Below are positions 52,229 through 61,336 of a stretch of 64,000 nt of DNA, piece by piece. A model generated the notes under the pieces. That model was not told the DNA's origin. It did not search any database and saw only the letters and a list, made by a program, of their open reading frames with translations. This DNA is from Dissulfurispiraceae bacterium (GTDB lineage Bacteria; Nitrospirota; Thermodesulfovibrionia; Thermodesulfovibrionales; Dissulfurispiraceae): contig DAIQAO010000003.1 of the NCBI GenBank assembly GCA_036781645.1, forward strand, positions 2,865-66,864, written 5' to 3'. A program made the position numbers and the translations under genes. How positions within the stretch are numbered: the first letter of the stretch is position 1; every line of letters begins with the position of its first letter.

Positions 52229-52654
52229 ATGTATTTCTTCAGAGGCGGACAGATAGTTAAAAAAGGCACTTATTGGGAGCCCGAAAGGAATGTCAAGATA
52301 GTTCTCAAGGATGATGGTGTTTTACCGGGAGACGAGAAACTTATTTACTTCAAACTGCCTGAGTGTTATCTCTTGGTGCCGGTGCTACTGTTTGGCCTCG
52401 TTCTGTCTATGGCTATCCCATACGGCATCGGGGTTGTTTTGTTCTTCCTGCTATGCGGGGTTCACAAATTTCTTTTCTCCGTGATTACAGAGATCGAGGT
52501 TCTCGCAGGAAAGGCTATAGCATATTTTACTGCTGCGTATAGACCTAATAAGGCATTCTTTTCTGGCAGCTCAAGGAAAATTAAGGGAACTAAAAAGTCT
52601 CGAAACGAGAAGTCTAATACTTCAGAGAAAATAGAAAATAAAAACAAAGAATAG
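52229..52654 (+). CDS. small two-helix membrane protein, paralog 3
   Basis: 141 aa with AGGAGG SD. MYFFRGGQIVKKGTYW...LPGDE...IYFKLPE, a PYGIG turn, and RPNKAFFSGSSRK followed by a Lys/Asn/Glu tail. Confidence 0.75.
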   Translation: MYFFRGGQIVKKGTYWEPERNVKIVLKDDGVLPGDEKLIYFKLPECYLLVPVLLFGLVLSMAIPYGIGVVLFFLLCGVHKFLFSVITEIEVLAGKAIAYFTAAYRPNKAFFSGSSRKIKGTKKSRNEKSNTSEKIENKNKE

Positions 52655-52734
52655 GAGGTGTTTTATATGCACACCTTTATGATTTTATAAGCCAGGTAAA
52701 TGAAATTCAATACCTGCTTGCAGTTTTATCCATA

Positions 52735-53058
52735 GTGGGTTTCATTATCTTTGTAGAGGCATTCAAACCGAAACCCTTCAAAGGGTTGAGAAAAATGGTT
52801 GCCGAAGATGTTGGATTTGTGAAAGAGCAGGGCAAGAATAATAATCTTTTGGTTATTAAAAACACTATTGCAGGTGGAGCATATACAGCGCTGTATGTTA
52901 TTGCTCTACCTCTGCTGTTTTTGCACGGCGTTTCCGTTCTGATGAGCAGGTTGTTCAGTTCATTTACATATGTTGGCTGGAGCCCTGTAAGGGCATACTT
53001 CACGGGTAGAAAAGGGGTTAAAAAGTCCTCAGATAAAAATACTGGCGCTGATGCCTGA
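52735..53058 (+). CDS. small membrane protein sharing only the C-terminal motif of the paralog family; 5' end uncertain
   Basis: The C-terminal SPVRAYFTGRKGVKK matches the tails of paralogs 1-3. The GTG at 52735 falls inside a hydrophobic helix. An SD-preceded ATG at 52667 is in another frame (MHTFMIL then stop), which suggests a 1-nt frame break. Confidence 0.5.
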   Translation: MGFIIFVEAFKPKPFKGLRKMVAEDVGFVKEQGKNNNLLVIKNTIAGGAYTALYVIALPLLFLHGVSVLMSRLFSSFTYVGWSPVRAYFTGRKGVKKSSDKNTGADA

Positions 53059-53092
53059 AAACTGAATACCTACAAAAGGAGGGGTTTAAATA

Positions 53093-53560
53093 ATGAAACC
53101 TTCTGTAAAGGTGCGATGGCTGATTGCCCTTGCCGCGCCGTTATTTTTAATAGGGATTTTTATCATAACGGAGTCTCCGGTTTTAGGCAAAGGGTTAAAC
53201 ATGCCGCGCACTATTATCATCAAGCATATACAGAAAGAATATAGCCCGGTGAAATTTGACCATACAGCCCATGTGCCGTTGGCAAGCGGATGCGGGCAGT
53301 GCCACCACATGCATCATGATAAGCAGAACGCTACTTGCAAGGAATGTCATGCTATTGACTCTGGAACTTTCAAGTCTTCTGTCAAAGAGAGTTTTCTACC
53401 CTGTAGTGCATGTCATACGGATAATTCAGCGGACTCGCCGGGGGTGCCCGGACTTAAGGTGGCACTACATAAAAAGTGCTTTGAGTGTCATATAGGCATG
53501 GGCGATCTGGGCGTTTCGCCACAGGGATGCACCAAGACATGCCATACGAAAAAAAAGTGA
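53093..53560 (+). CDS. periplasmic multiheme c-type cytochrome (c3-like; 4 CxxCH plus 1 CxxxCH)
   Basis: Signal anchor. CGQCH, CKECH, CSACH, CFECH and CTKTCH. FDHTAH motif. Confidence 0.85.
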   Translation: MKPSVKVRWLIALAAPLFLIGIFIITESPVLGKGLNMPRTIIIKHIQKEYSPVKFDHTAHVPLASGCGQCHHMHHDKQNATCKECHAIDSGTFKSSVKESFLPCSACHTDNSADSPGVPGLKVALHKKCFECHIGMGDLGVSPQGCTKTCHTKKK

Positions 53561-53576
53561 AGGGAGGTTAAATTCC

Positions 53577-54548
53577 ATGTCTGAAGAGATGAAAGATAAC
53601 AAAGTCGAACAAACAGAAACGCACAAATCAGATAATCCTTCTTCTACCTCAAGAGGCGTTACCAGACGGGGTTTCCTTACACTTTCCGCTGTAACGGCAT
53701 GTGCTGGGCTAGGTATTTCTTCGAAGGCTCACGCCCGCCCTGAATTTAGCGGCTGGCCCGGAAGCTACGGAATGCTCGTGGATTTCACCTTGTGTGTAGG
53801 CTGTAGAAGCTGTGAAAAGGCTTGTAATGAAGAAAATAAACTGCCGGCTCCTGATAAGCCATTTGAGGACGATTCAGTATTTAAAGAGCGCAGACAGCCT
53901 TCCGAACAGGCTTATACGGTGGTAAACAGATACGAGAATACAAAGAATCCAGAAGTTCCGGTTTTCAGAAAAATCCAGTGTAATCACTGCCTTGAGCCTG
54001 CATGTGCTACTGCATGCCCCATAAAGGCATACACAAAAACCCCGCAGGGAGCGGTTATTTACAATGAAGATTTGTGTTTTGGATGCAGATATTGCGTCAT
54101 CGCCTGCCCTTTCAATATTCCGGGCTACGATTATAAGAGTGCTTTAGAGCCCAAGGTTATGAAATGCACCTTCTGTTATCCAAGGATTAAAAATAAGCAA
54201 CTGCCAGCCTGCGCTGAGGCTTGTCCGAGAGGATCGCTTACATTCGGCAAGAGGGATGAATTAATTAAAATTGCGAGAAAGAGGATTATGGATAATCCCA
54301 ATAAATATATCGACCATATTTACGGCGAGCATGAGGTGGGCGGAACATCCTGGCTTTATTTGTCTTCAGTGCCTTTTGAACAGCTTGGATTTCCTTCAAA
54401 TCTGCCAAAGAAACCGCTCATCGAACTGACGGAGGGTTATCTTTCTATGGTTCCTGTTATTTTCACTACATTTCCTGCAATTTTTGCAGCCATATATGCG
54501 GCTACCCGGTACCGAGACAAGCACTCAAAGGAGGATTCTCATGAATAA
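53577..54548 (+). CDS. Tat-exported 4x[4Fe-4S] ferredoxin-type subunit with a C-terminal membrane anchor (NrfC/HmcB/HybA-like)
   Basis: Twin-arginine TRRGFLTL. Four cluster motifs (CVGCRSCEKAC, CNHCLEPACATACP, CFGCRYCVIACP, CTFC...CAEACP). C-terminal hydrophobic helix. Confidence 0.88.
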   Translation: MSEEMKDNKVEQTETHKSDNPSSTSRGVTRRGFLTLSAVTACAGLGISSKAHARPEFSGWPGSYGMLVDFTLCVGCRSCEKACNEENKLPAPDKPFEDDSVFKERRQPSEQAYTVVNRYENTKNPEVPVFRKIQCNHCLEPACATACPIKAYTKTPQGAVIYNEDLCFGCRYCVIACPFNIPGYDYKSALEPKVMKCTFCYPRIKNKQLPACAEACPRGSLTFGKRDELIKIARKRIMDNPNKYIDHIYGEHEVGGTSWLYLSSVPFEQLGFPSNLPKKPLIELTEGYLSMVPVIFTTFPAIFAAIYAATRYRDKHSKEDSHE

Positions 54549-55800
54549 AGACATTAACTATACAACTCATCAAGCCGAAGGAACACATATCAGTTTCAGG
54601 GCGCGACTCCTGGACAAGCTTTTTTTAGGCATGAATGTCGCAGACTACGCAAAATCTCTTGTGACGCCCTTCAATCTATTTGCGGCAGTCATCATAGCAG
54701 CATCGGCGCCCATATTCTATATGAGATATACACAGGGTCTTGCCTCCGTTGTGCATGGAACTAATGAGTATCCATGGAGCCTCCTGCTAAGCTGGGGAAT
54801 TTTTGCAGGTGAACCTTTGTTTGCCGCAGGTTTTGTGGTAGCAACGGCTTATTACCTGCTTGGAATGAAGCGTTACCGTTCTCTGGTTCGTCTTGCAGTG
54901 CTGGGCGGGATGCTTGGTTATGCCTTTGCAGCATCCTATCTTATAATTGACCTGGGGCGCCCGTGGCGCATCTATTGTCCGATGGTGATAAACTTCGGTC
55001 CTTCATCTGTTTTATTTGTAGTTGCTTGGCATGTTGCCCTGTATTGCACCGTTCAGCTTCTGGAATTCTCTCCTTCTATTCTGGAATGGCTTGGCTCAAA
55101 ACGATTGCACAGGTGGGCTACATCCATCACGGTTGCTCTTATAATCGGCGGGGTAATTCTATCAACGGTTCATCAGTCCGCTCTCGGCTCTATGTATCTG
55201 ATTACACCTGCAAAGCTGCATCCCTTATGGTATTCATCATATTTGCCGCTCTTATTTTTCAGCTCAGCGATTTATGCAGCAATGTCTTTTGCTATTGTTC
55301 TTGGATTTGTTGCAAGGAGATATTTCAGGGATAGGTGTGATGAAGAATTCCTCACAAACCTGCCTATACTGACTCTGGGTTTAGGCAAGGGGGCAGCACT
55401 CTCAATGTATGTGTATTTTGCCCTTAAATTGCTTGCCTTAGGTCAGAGCAATCAATGGGTATTACTCGCAACTCCCTTTGGCTATTGGTATCTCGTGGAA
55501 CTTTTGGGTTTTGTTGCGATTCCAATGTTTTTATTCACAGTGGGGGTAAAGAAAGAAAACTTAAATTTAATTAATTTCTCAGCAGTGTTTGCAATAGTGG
55601 GTATTGTGCTAAATAGGGTAAATGTAAACCTCATTGCATATAACTGGAATCTGCCCGACCATTTCAAGCATATAATCCCACCGTGGACTGAAATCATAAT
55701 GATTATGGCGATGATAACTCTTCATATACTCGTTTTCAGGTGGATATTGAATAGATTTCCTGTTACGCGCGAACTGCCGGAATACAAAGGGATGCATTAA
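54541..55800 (+). CDS. NrfD/PsrC-family polytopic quinone-interacting membrane subunit (HmcC/DsrP-like)
   Basis: About 420 aa with about 10 hydrophobic helices. The start is taken at MNKDINY (ATG 54541, AGGAGG SD), overlapping the preceding stop. Confidence 0.8.
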   Translation: MNKDINYTTHQAEGTHISFRARLLDKLFLGMNVADYAKSLVTPFNLFAAVIIAASAPIFYMRYTQGLASVVHGTNEYPWSLLLSWGIFAGEPLFAAGFVVATAYYLLGMKRYRSLVRLAVLGGMLGYAFAASYLIIDLGRPWRIYCPMVINFGPSSVLFVVAWHVALYCTVQLLEFSPSILEWLGSKRLHRWATSITVALIIGGVILSTVHQSALGSMYLITPAKLHPLWYSSYLPLLFFSSAIYAAMSFAIVLGFVARRYFRDRCDEEFLTNLPILTLGLGKGAALSMYVYFALKLLALGQSNQWVLLATPFGYWYLVELLGFVAIPMFLFTVGVKKENLNLINFSAVFAIVGIVLNRVNVNLIAYNWNLPDHFKHIIPPWTEIIMIMAMITLHILVFRWILNRFPVTRELPEYKGMH

Positions 55801-55824
55801 GGTCTAAAAAAGGATGAATTAGGC

Positions 55825-57263
55825 ATGATACCAAAGATTCTAATACAAACAGCAATCGCCTTGAGCATTGTTGTATATGTCTTTGCAGCAACACCGTCAA
55901 CGGTTAACAGTGAAGACATAAATCAATACTGCTTTTCGTGTCATGCCAAAAAAGGCTCCGTAAAAAAATTCATGGAAGGGGAGTCTATTTCAGTATATGT
56001 GAATCCTCAGGCATACGAAAAATCGGTTCACAAAAAGCTTTCGTGCACTGTTTGTCACAATGAATTTTCGGACAAAAAACATCCTGACAGGGTATTCCGC
56101 AATAAGCACCAGTACAGCATAAAAGAGTCCCAGAAATGCCTTCAATGCCATCAAGAAGACTCACTTAAATCCCGCCCTGTGCATGAGCAAATCTTTGCTA
56201 AAGGCAAATCCGGTGGCGCAGTCGTTTGCACCAACTGCCACAGCGCCCATGCGGCAACCCGCATTAGCGGAGGCGGCATAGCAGCGTCAGAAGAGGCATA
56301 TTGCATGAAATGTCACAAAACAGAAAACATCATGAAATTCGCAACCGGCAAAATAGTTTCTACCAAAGTTAATACGGAATCCCTTAAAAGTTCTGCTCAC
56401 AGGAATCTCAGCTGCTCCGACTGCCACTTCAATTTTTCAGCAGAAGACCATCCCAAAAGACGGTTTAGATCCGAAAGGGAGTATAGGATAGCGAGTTTTG
56501 AGATGTGCAGGAGATGCCACTTCGACAAGTATTCTCAGGTTTCAAACAGCATTCACTATGCTATGATCAGCAGTGGAAGACTCAATGCCCCAACCTGCGT
56601 TGACTGCCATGGAAGCCACGAAATTTCGCCGGCTCGCAAGAGCAAAATTTCGACCGTAAGAATGTGTGAGAAGTGCCATCATAAGCCATATGAGTTATAT
56701 GTTAACAGCGTTCACGGCAGCAAACTGCTGACAAGGAACATAAAGGATACACCTGTTTGCATTGATTGTCACTCACCTCATGATATTAAGGCAGTCTCGA
56801 CTTCCGACTTTCATGATAATATTCCTCAAAAGTGCAGCGGATGCCATGCCGATAAAAAGCTCATGAGCAAGTATGGCCTTTCAACCGATGTTTTAAGACC
56901 TATCTTTCAGATTTTCACGGTTTGACTCTGGAGCTTCGCAAAAAAGAAAGGCGGAATATCGGCAAGCAAACATCTCAGATGGCCGTTTGCACAGATTGCC
57001 ACGGCTCCCACGAGATAGTGCCTTTTTCTGGGGCTGATACGCAGGTGATAAAGAGCAGGCTGCTTAAGCGCTGTCAAACATGCCATGCTGATGCGCCAGA
57101 AAATTTCCCTGATGCCTGGCTTTCACATTATAGCGCAACCCTTGCAGCTACACCTGTCCTTTTTGTTGTCGGGTGGTTTTATAAGATTCTGTTGTGGGTT
57201 ATCGTAGCAGGTGTGCTTTTTCAAATAGCTCTTGATATCTGGAGACATATCCAGAATAGGTAA
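55825..57263 (+). pseudogene. 13-heme c-type cytochrome with a C-terminal membrane helix, split by a 1-nt frame change near 56891-56897
   Basis: ORF 55825..56925 has 11 CxxCH. ORF 56922..57263 has a TTG start, no SD and no signal peptide, with 2 more CxxCH and a TM helix. The second frame is open back to 56856 and would read ...STDVLKTYLSDFHGLTLELRK across the junction. Confidence 0.8.
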
Positions 57264-57289
57264 AAATTAAGACAATTAGAGGTCCTATC

Positions 57290-58030
57290 ATGGGATTAAA
57301 TGAAAAAAAGACAGATGAGGAGTTAATCAGGAGATTCGGTTTATACAGAATCATTGAACATTCCCTGCTCATTATACTTTTTATTGCTCTTCTCATAACA
57401 GGGCTTCCTCAAAAGTTTTACTTTCTTCACATCTCACATTCAATCCTGCTCATTTTAGGCGGCATTGATAATGCCAGAGCCATACATCACATAGCGGCAA
57501 TGCTTTTTGTCTTATTGGCTCTACAGCACATTATTATTAATTTTTTTGGCACTATATTTTTCCAGTGGAAACCCTCCATGCTCATAACATTCAAGGATTT
57601 TCATGACGCTGTGCACAATGTCAGATATTATCTCGGCATTGTTGAGAAGCCGGCTATGTGCGGGAGATATACATACAAGGAAAAATGTATTTACTGGCTT
57701 GTCCTTACCGGCGGGCTTCAGATGATAATCACCGGCTTGATACTATGGTTTCCTATCACAATAACCAAATATGTCCATGGTCAGGTTATTCCTATCGCTA
57801 AAACAATTCATTCGAGCGAGGCGATGCTATTATTTGTCCTCGTAGTCACATGGCATATATACGATTCTATATTAAGCCCCGATGTATTCCCCCTTAACAA
57901 GAGTATCTTTACCGGATATATGCCTAAAAAACAGATGAAAAGACTTCACCCCCTTGAACTGCAATGGCAGAAAGAAGAAGCCGACTTAGAGGCAAAAGAA
58001 AGAGTTCAAGCCGTTGTGGATAGTGAATGA
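57290..58030 (+). CDS. b-type cytochrome membrane subunit (FdnI / Ni-Fe hydrogenase cytochrome b-like)
   Basis: 246 aa with 4-5 TM helices. His residues are placed as in diheme cytochrome b subunits (RIIEHSL, AIHHIAA, TIHSSEA, TWHIYD). Confidence 0.7.
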   Translation: MGLNEKKTDEELIRRFGLYRIIEHSLLIILFIALLITGLPQKFYFLHISHSILLILGGIDNARAIHHIAAMLFVLLALQHIIINFFGTIFFQWKPSMLITFKDFHDAVHNVRYYLGIVEKPAMCGRYTYKEKCIYWLVLTGGLQMIITGLILWFPITITKYVHGQVIPIAKTIHSSEAMLLFVLVVTWHIYDSILSPDVFPLNKSIFTGYMPKKQMKRLHPLELQWQKEEADLEAKERVQAVVDSE

Positions 58031-58112
58031 AGTTCAAGTGTCATGTCAGGTGTCATAGAGCCTATGAGTTTATCAAATTGAAAGCAATCCCGAATTGATG
58101 TAAGCTATAAAT

Positions 58113-59937
58113 ATGTTAAAGAAAATCCTAATCGCTGTAATCATAAACATCATAGTGATATCAGTCACTTTAGGAGTTGTAAGTTACATAACCGTCCACG
58201 AAAGCATCAACCAAGCCCTCGAAAACAGAGTTGCCCTGACTAAAATTATCGCAAAATATGTAGATATATCCCTCGACAACAGTATAAACAGGTTATATGA
58301 AATTCCTTATTCCAATAATAGCAATAGTAGAAAAAACAATGCTGAATCTCTACAGGTGCAAAAAAACTCTCGAAACCGTTTATAAGCATTCTGTTTTCAG
58401 TGAGGGCTTTTTGATATTAGATAAACACGGTAATACTCTGCACACTTATCCTGAAAGTATAAAGCACTATCTAAATCTTACCCATGTTGTGCACTTTAAT
58501 GAAGCCGTTCGAGAAGGCAAGCCTGTCATCTCTAATGTTTACACAATTGAGCCAATTCAGAAAAAAGTGATATTTATATTTGTCCCTCGCAAGGATTCCT
58601 CTGGGAGGGTGATAGGCATTATAGGCGGGATGATGGGGCCTACTTCTGAATTGTTTAATGAGCTTCTTTTAAGTGCAAAAAAAGAGTGGGGTGGATTTGC
58701 AGAGATTTTAGATATCAACGAAAATATTGTTGCGTCTTCAAATCCCGCCATGACCTTTCAGTCCCATAACCACGATAATATGATAAGCAAGCTGATTAAA
58801 GAAAATAAATCTGGAATTGTTGAGTGCCGCCATTCATCCTATTATTCAGATTTTGAGATTGAAGATGTTCATTTGCTCACAGTCGTTCCTATCAGGCTTG
58901 CTTCATGGGCTGTCATTATCGGCCAGCCTGAGAGAATAATCTTTTCACCTGTCTTCAGTCTCCAGATCGACTTCCTGATTGTTGTAGTAATCTTTCTTAT
59001 TATATCTACTGTTATCTCAATACATCTGAGCAAGAAAATCGTAAATCCAATCAAATCTCTTATCTGCGCTGCCAAGAAACTCGCATCCGGCGACCTTTCA
59101 ACTCCTATCGGAAAATTTGGGAGTGATGAGACCCTCGAACTAAGCCATAGCTTTGAGGAAATGAGGGAGAAACTTTCTGAATCATACGAAAGGATTAAAA
59201 TTTACAACACCGAACTTGAAAAAATGGTCGAAGCCAGAACTCACGAGATAGATGAAAACAGGCAGATTATCAAACAGTTGCTCATGAAGGTTATCAATTC
59301 TCAGGAAGACGAAAGGAAGCGGGTTGCCCGTGACCTTCATGATACGATATTGCAGGATGTATCTGCTTTTCTGATAAAATTGGAGATATTCAGACAGCAC
59401 CCTGAGATTATATCTCCGCAGAAAATTGACGAAATGCGTGATTTAGCCGTTAAGACAATAGACAATATTCACAATATCATTAAAAATCTCAGGCCATCTA
59501 TGCTTGATGACCTTGGGCTGGAAGCCGCCATAAATGTGCTCTTAAAAACTCAACTTTTATCAAAGGGGATTTCCTGCCAATTTGAGGCAAAATCTCCTAT
59601 TTCAGGCAAGCTGTCTCAAAATGTAGAGATTTCTATTTTCAGGATAGTTCAGGAGGCTATAAGAAACATCGCCCGTCATTCTCAAGCAGAAAATGTCTAT
59701 ATTTCACTTGATATAATAGACTCATCTCTAAAGGTAGCTATTGAGGATGACGGCATAGGGTTTAATGTTGAAGAATTTATGCACCTTCCTTCAGATGACG
59801 GCAGGGGGCTTGGTATAATGGGCATGAAAGAGAGGATATCACTGCTTGGAGGCGTTTTTGATATTCAATCGATATCGGGGAAGGGGACGCAATTATACAT
59901 AACTATTCCATTGGGTGTTGAGGCAAAACATGACTAA
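58113..59937 (+). pseudogene. NarX/DegS-type sensor histidine kinase (periplasmic sensor, HAMP, HisKA_3, HATPase) with an N-terminal frame break
   Basis: ORF 58113..58385 holds TM1 and the start of the sensor domain. ORF 58297..59937 continues with TM2, HAMP, the H-box ERKRVARDLHDTILQ and the ATPase. The frames overlap across poly-A runs at 58332-58337 and 58361-58367. Confidence 0.8.
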
Positions 59938-60588
59938 AACAAAAATCATGATTGCAGACGATCACGCCTTAGTCAGAGAAGGGATAGCCGCCCTTCTCAA
60001 CTTCCATGATGATATAGATGTCGTAGGACAGGCTTCTGACGGTCTTGAGGCTATCAGGCTTGCACACCAGCTCAAACCCGATATAATCCTGATGGACATC
60101 AGTATGCCCACTTTGGGTGGCTTTGAGGCAACCCTCGAGATTAAAAAAACACTGCCTGATACAAAGATTATAATGCTCACTCAATATGATGACAGGGAAT
60201 ATGTCGCCCGTTTTCTGAAGGCAGGGATTTCAGGCTACCTTCTCAAGAAGGCTGTTGGAATGAACTAATCAGCGCCATCAGGGCAGTCCAGAGAGGAGAA
60301 TTTTACCTGTTTTCGTCAATTGCATCAGAGATAGTCGCGGGTTATCTTGACAAAGATAAAAAACCTTCCGAAGATGATTTGTATGAAAAGCTAACCGACA
60401 GAGAAAAACAGGTTCTTAAACTGTTAGCCGAAGGCTATAGTCATAAAGAGATTGCCGCCTGTCTTAATATAAGCGCCAAGACTGTCATAGCCCATCAGAC
60501 GAATATCTCCGAAAAACTCGGCGTCCGTACACGTGCAGGACTCATAAAATTCGCCATCTCCAAAGGAATCATTAAGCTCGAGACATAA
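59930..60588 (+). pseudogene. NarL/FixJ-type response regulator, frame-broken between the receiver and LuxR-type HTH domains
   Basis: Receiver KIMIADDHALVREG...DISMP...GISGYLLKKAVG stops at 60266-60268. A shifted frame continues ELISAIRAVQRGEFYL...LTDREKQVLKLLAEGYSHKEIA. The start ATG at 59930 overlaps the kinase stop. Confidence 0.8.
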
Positions 60589-60611
60589 CGCCTTCTTTGA
60601 GAGTAAGTAGT

Positions 60612-61170
60612 GGGGTCAGAATTGACAGCCTGTTGAAAAACTAACTTTCTGCAAACAAATTTACACATAAAGATTGATTCCACCTTAATCTCAGAAATAA
60701 AAAGCAGAATATTCTTGAAAGATTACCTGTGGCAGAACTAACCCCTATTTCTTCCACTGCCAATGCTACTGCCTTTGGACTTGTTGCAGTCAGAAGCTTT
60801 ATCATCCTCTTTATATTCTGTAATGTTCTTTCTCTGTCCCCTCTCAGATGTAATTCCGTATAGATAACCTATAAACAGCATCCTGAGTAATACCTCAGGG
60901 TCTATGGAAGGGCGGCCTGTATGACTGTATAAATGCTTTACCTTAGCCCGCATGAAAGTGCAATCAATATGCCTGTCTACCAGCCTTAATAGATGACATT
61001 CAGGAATCAAATCTTCTACTTTTACATAGTAGAACATCGGTTCACTTCTTTGTTTCTCTCCTAACAATTGCACCGCCTTAATATTGAATTACTATAGTTT
61101 ATCTTGATGTGTTCTTGATTGAAATAATTTTGTTAGAAGAGTTTTTCAACAGCCTGTCAAGTCTGACCCC
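60612..61170. mobile_element. internally deleted IS element (IS5/IS1182-like) bounded by 30-bp imperfect inverted repeats
   Basis: Left end GGGGTCAGAATTGACAGCCTGTTGAAAAAC (60612-60641). The right end reverse-complements to GGGGTCAGACTTGACAGGCTGTTGAAAAAC (61141-61170), a 28/30 match by eye. It encloses a transposase stub. Confidence 0.7.
60738..61073 (-). pseudogene. transposase N-terminal fragment (DUF772 / InsH-N-type)
   Basis: ...DLIPECHLLRLVDRHIDCTFMRAKVKHLYSHTGRPSIDPEVLLRMLFIGYLYGITSER. After that it runs into unrelated low-complexity sequence and stops. No DDE domain is present. Confidence 0.7.
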
Positions 61171-61171
61171 C

Positions 61172-61336
61172 CCACACACTTTCAGATACAGCTTTGCTAT
61201 TAATTGCCTGTTACAAGGCGTCCCTATTACGGTTTTGCAGGAGTGGCTCGGACATAGGGGCATAAATAAAACACTCATCTACACTAAGATTCTTGCCCAA
61301 GATAGCCGTAGCTTCTTGGACAATGTGAGGATGTGA
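61172..61336 (+). pseudogene. tyrosine recombinase/integrase 3' remnant, truncated by the IS element
   Basis: PHTFRYSFAINCLLQGVPITVLQEWLGHRGINKTLIYTKI gives box II (HxxR), LGH and the catalytic Tyr. It begins exactly at the IS right end. Confidence 0.7.

Noticed and set aside
56891-56897. Programmed -1 ribosomal frameshifting in the 13-heme cytochrome gene.
   Set aside because: G-TTT-TAA-G does not fit the X-XXY-YYZ slippery pattern (the second codon pair would mispair). No downstream stem-loop or pseudoknot is evident. A mutation or indel is the simpler explanation.
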